64,000 nucleotides of DNA, taken from NCBI GenBank assembly GCA_963843145.1, contig CAWJJC010000006.1, forward strand, positions 32,001-96,000, written 5' to 3'. Below the pieces are notes generated by a model. The model worked only from the letters and a program-made list of their open reading frames with translations, searched no databases and had not been told where the DNA came from. Positions 58,543-64,000 of the stretch are shown here, one piece after another. The stretch comes from an uncultured delta proteobacterium. Its GTDB lineage: Bacteria; Desulfobacterota; RBG-13-43-22. The first letter of the stretch is position 1, and every line of letters starts with the position of its first letter. The translations under genes were made by a program, and so were the position numbers.

Positions 58543-59322
58543 TTGAATATTATTGTTTGTGTAAAACGGGTCCCTTTCACCCAGGAGGTGGACCTGGAAA
58601 TCGAGGCCGGTAAAAAAGAGGTGGACCGGGAATCCCTGGCTTACGTCATCAATGACTGGGACCACTATGCTATTGAAGAGGCCGTTTATCTGAAAGAGCA
58701 GGGGGAGGGAACGGTCACGGCCATTACCATCGGACCGGAGGAGGATGAGGAGGTCCTCCGGCGGTGTCTGGCCATGGGGGCCGATCAAGCCCGGCGCATC
58801 GATCCCGGGGAGCAAACCCTGGACGGCGGCGGAACGGCCCGGGTGTTGGCCCGGGTCATAGCCGCTATTCCCTTTGACCTGATTTTATGCGGTGTCCAGG
58901 CGGAAGACGACAACCAGGGGATGGTGGGAATCATGCTGGCCGAACACCTCGGTCTGGCTCACGCGGCGGTGGTCACCGGCATCGAAACCCGGGGAGAAGA
59001 GTTGATCGTTCAATGCGAGTTGGAAGGCGGGATGGACGAGCGTTCGAAGATAAAGCTCCCGGCCCTTTTGACCGTTCAGACCGGCATCAACGAGCCCCGT
59101 TATGTTTCCATCATGGGGATCAAAAAGGCGACCAAGAAACCACTGGAGGTGATTCCCCTGGCCGACCTGAATTTTTCTTCGGACGATCTGGCTCCGCAAG
59201 TCCTTATTGATGAAGTTTTTCTCCCGTCGGAGACCGGCGGCGCCGAAATGATCAGCGGCGACCCGATGCAGGCGGCGGGAAAGATCCTGCAAATACTAAA
59301 AGAAAAGGGGGTGAGGACCTGA
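58543..59322 (+). CDS. etfB: Electron transfer flavoprotein beta subunit
   Basis: IIVCVKRVP, AIEEA, AMGAD, INEPRY; TTG start after AGGAGG. Confidence 0.93.
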   Translation: MNIIVCVKRVPFTQEVDLEIEAGKKEVDRESLAYVINDWDHYAIEEAVYLKEQGEGTVTAITIGPEEDEEVLRRCLAMGADQARRIDPGEQTLDGGGTARVLARVIAAIPFDLILCGVQAEDDNQGMVGIMLAEHLGLAHAAVVTGIETRGEELIVQCELEGGMDERSKIKLPALLTVQTGINEPRYVSIMGIKKATKKPLEVIPLADLNFSSDDLAPQVLIDEVFLPSETGGAEMISGDPMQAAGKILQILKEKGVRT

Positions 59323-60347
59323 TGGGAGGAATCTTCGTAGTGGTGGAACACCGCCAGGGGAGGGTTCGAGATATCACCCTGGAGATGCTCTCCAAGGCCG
59401 GTGAATTGAAGAATGACCTGGGCGGCGATCTAACGGCCGTCCTGCTGGGTTGGGAAACCGGGCCGCTGATTGAAGCCTTAAAAGGGCGGGCCGACAGGAT
59501 CCTGGTGATCGAAGACGAGCGGGTAAAATTTTTTCAGGCCGAGGTTTACCAATCGATCCTCAGGCAACTGATTCAGGAATTTCAACCGGCCCTGACCCTG
59601 ATCGGCCAGACCTCCTGGGGACTAGACCTGGCCCCCTGCCTGGCGGTCCAAATGGGTTTCCCCTTGGTCACGGATTGCCTGGATATTAAGATCGAAGCCG
59701 GAAAGCCTACGGCCCTGCGCCAGATATACGGTGGCAAAGTATTTGCTCGGGTCTCTATTAAGGAATCCACCGGGTATCTGGCCACCATTCGACCGGGCGC
59801 TTTTTCACCCGACCCGGCAGGAGACAGTCCCACCGAAGTGGTCAAAATAGAATTCCCGCCGGAACTGCCGGAAAGTAAAAGGCAGATCCTGGAATTGGTC
59901 GAGTCGGAAGCCGGGGAGGTGGATATTGCCCAGGCCGAGTTTCTGGTTTCGGTAGGTCGGGGTGTGGGCGAAGAAGAAAACCTGGCCCAGGTCCGGGAAC
60001 TGGCCCAGTCGCTGGGGGCCGTGTTGTCCTGTTCCCGGCCGATTGTGGACAAGAAGTGGTTGCCCAAGTACCACCAGGTGGGCACCTCGGGCAAATCGGT
60101 CAAGCCCAAGGTCTACCTGGCGTTGGGCATCAGCGGGGCCTTTCAGCACCTGGCCGGGATCGGCGGCGCCGGTACCGTAATTGCCGTCAACAAGGACCCC
60201 CGGGCCCCGATTTTTCGGGTGGCCCAGTACGGCGTGGCCCAGGATATTTTTAAGATCATCCCGGCATTGATGGAACAAATAAACAGGAAAGATTCTTACC
60301 TACATTGTTCTGAGAATTTGTCTTTAACAACGGATGTAAGAATCTAA
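59322..60347 (+). CDS. etfA: Electron transfer flavoprotein alpha subunit
   Basis: SVGRG, SRPIVD, QVGTSG, GISGAFQH, NKDPRAPIF. Confidence 0.95.
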   Translation: MGGIFVVVEHRQGRVRDITLEMLSKAGELKNDLGGDLTAVLLGWETGPLIEALKGRADRILVIEDERVKFFQAEVYQSILRQLIQEFQPALTLIGQTSWGLDLAPCLAVQMGFPLVTDCLDIKIEAGKPTALRQIYGGKVFARVSIKESTGYLATIRPGAFSPDPAGDSPTEVVKIEFPPELPESKRQILELVESEAGEVDIAQAEFLVSVGRGVGEEENLAQVRELAQSLGAVLSCSRPIVDKKWLPKYHQVGTSGKSVKPKVYLALGISGAFQHLAGIGGAGTVIAVNKDPRAPIFRVAQYGVAQDIFKIIPALMEQINRKDSYLHCSENLSLTTDVRI

Positions 60348-60419
60348 TATGAAAAACGGTTTTAAATCGGTATTTCAAAATATTTGGCAGTATTCACCGC
60401 CAAGACGCAAAGGAACCTC

Positions 60420-61565
60420 ATGGATTTTACTTTGAGCAAAGAACAACAGGATATCATCAAGGCCGCCCGGGAGTTCGCCCGCAAGGAGTTTCCGGAAAGG
60501 GCCCTGGAGTTTGACCGCACTGAAACCTTTGATTTGACCCTTTGGAAAAAGGCCTGTGAACTGGGTTTCGTGGGCGTCTTCATCGACGAAAAGTATGACG
60601 GGGCCGGCTACGGCTTTCTGGAGCACTGCCTGATTACCGAGGAATTCTGGGCCGTGGACCCGGGGATCGGCCAGGCCATCCTATCCGCCACCTTCGGGGC
60701 CGAACTGCTTCTATTGTTTGCCCAGGAGGACCAGAAGGAATGGATCCTTCCGGAACTGGTTTCCGGAGAGGCCCTGCTGGCCACGGCCATCACCGAACCG
60801 GATGCCGGATCGGACGTGACCGGGGCTTCCACCACCGCGGTGCAACAGGGGGACCAGTGGGTGATCAACGGCTCCAAAATGTTCATCACCAACGGAGACC
60901 TGGCCAAGTATGCGATCGTCTATGCCCTGACCAATCCGGACCATCCCTCCCGGCATTCCCGTCACAGTTTTATCATTGTGCCCACCGATCAGCCCGGTTT
61001 TCAGGCCAACAAAATCCACGGGAAGCTGGGCATCCGGGCCTCGGATACGGCGGAATTGGTTTTTTGTGACGTCAAGGCGCCCCTTTCCAATCTGATAGGG
61101 GAAGAGGGGGAGGGGTTTCATCAGTTGATGGCCTTCTTCAACCGGACCCGCCTGCACATCTGCGCTCAGGGTGTGGGGTTGGCCCGGGCGGCCCTGGAGG
61201 AGAGCATCCGCTATACCAAGAAGCGCCACCAGTACGGGGTTCCCCTGGCCTCCTTCCAGGCCACCCAATTCAAACTGGCCGAAATGGCCACCCGGATCCG
61301 GGCCGCCCGAAATATGTATTACGAGGCCGCCTGGCTGATGGATAACGGGGTGGTAGATCACGCCCTGATCGCCATGGCTAAGTGGTTTTCCGGGGAGATG
61401 GCCGTGCGTGCCGCCGACGAGGCCCTGCAGATGCACGGGGGCTATGGCTATATCGACGAATACAAAGTACAGCGCCTCTACCGGGATTGCAAAATCCTGG
61501 AGATCTACGAAGGCACCAAGGAGATTGAAAAATCAATCGTGGCCCAGTCCATTTTGGGAATGTAG
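60420..61565 (+). CDS. Acyl-CoA dehydrogenase
   Basis: TEPDAGSD, NGSKMFITNG, QMHGGYG, EIYEGT. Confidence 0.95.
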   Translation: MDFTLSKEQQDIIKAAREFARKEFPERALEFDRTETFDLTLWKKACELGFVGVFIDEKYDGAGYGFLEHCLITEEFWAVDPGIGQAILSATFGAELLLLFAQEDQKEWILPELVSGEALLATAITEPDAGSDVTGASTTAVQQGDQWVINGSKMFITNGDLAKYAIVYALTNPDHPSRHSRHSFIIVPTDQPGFQANKIHGKLGIRASDTAELVFCDVKAPLSNLIGEEGEGFHQLMAFFNRTRLHICAQGVGLARAALEESIRYTKKRHQYGVPLASFQATQFKLAEMATRIRAARNMYYEAAWLMDNGVVDHALIAMAKWFSGEMAVRAADEALQMHGGYGYIDEYKVQRLYRDCKILEIYEGTKEIEKSIVAQSILGM

Positions 61566-61714
61566 GCAATTGCTCGTCATCCCCGAAGGTCTGTGTTGAG
61601 ACCATTTATGATTGGCTCGGCCGACGGACTTGGGCCTTATCGGTAAGCAGTCTCTCCTCCAAGCATTTTGCTTCCCCCAGGGAAGACCGGGAATATAATC
61701 CGTAAAAAGAAGGA

Positions 61715-62149
61715 ATGAAACCTTATTCAGGAAATGATGGGCGACTGCGAATTCCCACCGTGGAATTGAGCTTCGAATTTTTCAGGGCCTCGGGACCGGG
61801 CGGCCAGAATGTCAACAAAGTGGCCACCGCCGTCCGATTGCGGTTTGATGTCCGACGGTCTCCCTCCCTGACCGAGCCCCAGCGAGCGCGGCTCATCCGG
61901 TTGGCCGGCCACAAGTTGACCGAGGGGGGAGAACTCCTGATTGAGTCTCGGCGCTTCCGCACCCAGGAGGCCAACCGGCAGGCGGCCATTGAACGGTTGG
62001 AGCAACTGGTTTCCCAGGCTTCGGTTGTACCCAGGGTCCGGCGGCCCACCCGACCTACCCTGGCCTCCAAGAAAAAACGCCTGGAGGGCAAACGCACCCG
62101 TTCCGGGCTGAAAGACCGGCGTCGACCGGTTTCGGATACGGAGGAATAA
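61715..62149 (+). CDS. arfB: Alternative ribosome rescue factor ArfB (YaeJ)
   Basis: SGPGGQNVNK and basic C-terminal tail. Confidence 0.93.
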   Translation: MKPYSGNDGRLRIPTVELSFEFFRASGPGGQNVNKVATAVRLRFDVRRSPSLTEPQRARLIRLAGHKLTEGGELLIESRRFRTQEANRQAAIERLEQLVSQASVVPRVRRPTRPTLASKKKRLEGKRTRSGLKDRRRPVSDTEE

Positions 62150-62270
62150 GATTGGGAAACATTAGGGTTATTCGCCCTTTTGAATTGACTCGTTTTCTTC
62201 TTTAGCCTATAGTTTTATGTATTTATTTTAAGCTCTTAAACGCTAGAACCTTTATTCAAGGGAGGCACCC

Positions 62271-62870
62271 ATGGATCTGGTAAGCCGAGTCAAGGCCATT
62301 CTACTCAAACCCAACGACACTTGGCCGGAGATCAAGAATGAACCGGCCACGGTGAAAGATCTTTTTACTTCCTACGCGGCCATTCTGGCCGCCATCCCGC
62401 CCATCGCCTTTTTTATCGGGGTTTCCCTGATCGGCATGTCCGTTTTAGGGTTTCATTATCGCATGCCTTTGGGATCAGGGCTCGGGCATTTGATTGTCTC
62501 TTATGTCTTTTCACTGGCGGGGATTTATTTAGTCGGAATGATCATTGATGCCTTGGCGCCCAGCTTCGGGTCCTCAAAAAATCAGCTCAATGCCATGAAG
62601 GTGGCGGTCTATTCCTGGACGCCGGGCTGGGTGGGCGGCGTCTTTCTGGCTATTCCTTCCCTTTCAGCCCTCAGTATGCTGGTATCCTTATATGGGTTAT
62701 ACCTGTTTTACCTGGGCTTGCCGGTCCTGATGGAGACTCCTCAGGACAAGGCGTTGGGGTATGTGATCGTCACGATCCTGGTGAGTATCGTGGTTTCCAT
62801 TCTGGTGAGTACCCTCTCGGGCGCCCTGTTCGGTTACGGACGCGGGGGGATGATGGGCTGGCGTTTCTAA
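62271..62870 (+). CDS. Yip1-family membrane protein
   Basis: RVKAILLKP..W, IDALAPSFG, LYLFYLGLP. Confidence 0.85.
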   Translation: MDLVSRVKAILLKPNDTWPEIKNEPATVKDLFTSYAAILAAIPPIAFFIGVSLIGMSVLGFHYRMPLGSGLGHLIVSYVFSLAGIYLVGMIIDALAPSFGSSKNQLNAMKVAVYSWTPGWVGGVFLAIPSLSALSMLVSLYGLYLFYLGLPVLMETPQDKALGYVIVTILVSIVVSILVSTLSGALFGYGRGGMMGWRF

Positions 62871-62897
62871 TTCCTAAAGGGATTCAGGAGGGAGCAA

Positions 62898-63282
62898 ATG
62901 AAGAGAAATAAGTTGGGATTCACGCTTTTTTTCATGGTGCTTATGGGTGGCCGCCTACAGCGGAGTCTGTTTCGCCAATAAAGCCGCGGTGACCATTGAG
63001 GCCCCGGACCAGGCGGCCAAGGGGGCGGAAGTCGTGGTCAAACTGCATGTCACCCACAGCGCCAACAATTTTTTCCATCACATCAATTGGGTGCAGGTCA
63101 AAGTGAATGGCAAAGACACGGCCCTTTGGGAATATTCCATGACCAATCTACCCGAGGCGGCTAACTTCACTAAAGAAGTAAAATTGATGGTCAACGAGCC
63201 TTTGGAGATCGTGGCCGAGGCCAACTGCAACTTGCACGGCAGCGCAGGTCCGGCAATAAAGAAGATCGGCCTGAGGGAATAA
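62898..63282 (+). CDS. Periplasmic desulfoferrodoxin/superoxide-reductase-like protein, +1 frameshift in the signal peptide
   Basis: RBS AGGAGGG and ATG 62898 give signal peptide MKRNKLGFTLFFMVLM; one extra base near 62946; then H...HHINW...CNLHG. Confidence 0.6.
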
Positions 63283-63409
63283 AGCTGTCTGTGCCCCGGC
63301 TGGAGTTTACCCCTCCTTTGAAGCGGGGTGGGGTGAAAAAGAGTGCGGCCTGTTTGCTTCGTCATCCCGGGCTTGACACGGAATCCGGTTGGGAAGAGTG
63401 GGGTAAATT

Positions 63410-63595
63410 ATGACCATCGGCGCCATTTCCATTATCTTAATTTTGGGCATCATCAATTTTCTGCTGTTGCTCTTCCAGCTTTCCACCGGGTTGCATTGGA
63501 TCAAAGTCAAATTCGGCATTCACCGGAAAATCGGCATCCTGCTGGTCATCGTGGCCACGATTCACGGTCTACTGGCCCTGCTGGCCTCGGACTAA
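63410..63595 (+). CDS. Small 2-TM membrane protein with His residues
   Basis: 61 aa, two hydrophobic helices, HRKIG...IHG. Confidence 0.65.
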   Translation: MTIGAISIILILGIINFLLLLFQLSTGLHWIKVKFGIHRKIGILLVIVATIHGLLALLASD

Positions 63596-63876
63596 AAAGA
63601 GGGAAGATAGAAGAAGGAAGAGGGAAGCAAAAAGGGGATCATGGCCTCTGCTCAAACCCCCGTCCCTGAGGCGGGCGCCCGCGAAGAATGAAAAAATAGG
63701 GGGAGACATAAGCCGAACTGTTTGACATTAGTAATTAATAATCAATTGTTAATTATTAATCATTGATGAAGTGCCTTGGTGGCACACCTTTGTATTTTCA
63801 TATTCTATTTTGTGCCCTTCTCCCCTCTGTTTTTTCTTCCATCTTCCATCTCCCCTCTTCCCTCTGCTCCCTGTCC

Positions 63877-64000
63877 TCAGCCCTTATCGCTAACCCCGGC
63901 GGAGGCGAAGGTGGCCATCTCATTGTAGATCCTGACTGACGCTTCGATCAGGATCATGGCCAGGGCCGCCCCGGTCCCTTCCCCCAGGCGCATTTTCATA
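63877..64000 (-). CDS. cobT: Nicotinate-nucleotide:dimethylbenzimidazole phosphoribosyltransferase CobT, 3' end
   Basis: Manual translation [13 protein letters not shown]...[14 protein letters not shown]. Confidence 0.9.
   Translation of the reverse strand, partial: MKMRLGEGTGAALAMILIEASVRIYNEMATFASAGVSDKG

Overview
A 64-kb chromosomal window from an anaerobic Deltaproteobacterium/Desulfobacterota-like organism (inferred from gene content; possibly a MAG, since several single-base frameshifts are present). 1-5.3 kb is a visibly AT-richer sigma54-controlled catabolic unit: HAD-like hydrolase, amidohydrolase, stand-alone PEP-synthase ATP-binding domain, NtrC regulator and PAS kinase. 5.3-17.3 kb is a mosaic of sensors, a chemoreceptor/binding-protein pair and several gene remnants. 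22.6-24.0 kb encodes a probable selenocysteine-containing CoA-disulfide reductase/NADH oxidase with an in-frame UGA and a SECIS-like hairpin, which the ORF track truncates. 25.7-33.5 kb holds two paralogous PEP-synthase-like dikinases that lack the pyruvate-binding barrel, interleaved with three single-domain response regulators and a histidine kinase; this is the best candidate for an uncharacterised signalling system. 33.8-53.4 kb is mostly housekeeping (tRNA-Pro, pyrE, namZ, rimO, ispB, lon/hsp20, a bS22-like small protein, thiDN with a probable ATT start, thiC, birA). At 54.9-56.0 kb a 3'-truncated IS110-family element sits inside a REP-like palindrome with a duplicated CG core, and an intact copy of that palindrome lies at 39.97 kb. 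The window ends with an FeS oxidoreductase-etfBA-acyl-CoA dehydrogenase operon, arfB and the 3' end of cobT. No CRISPR array or rRNA was seen. All calls come from reading the sequence; no database searches were run.
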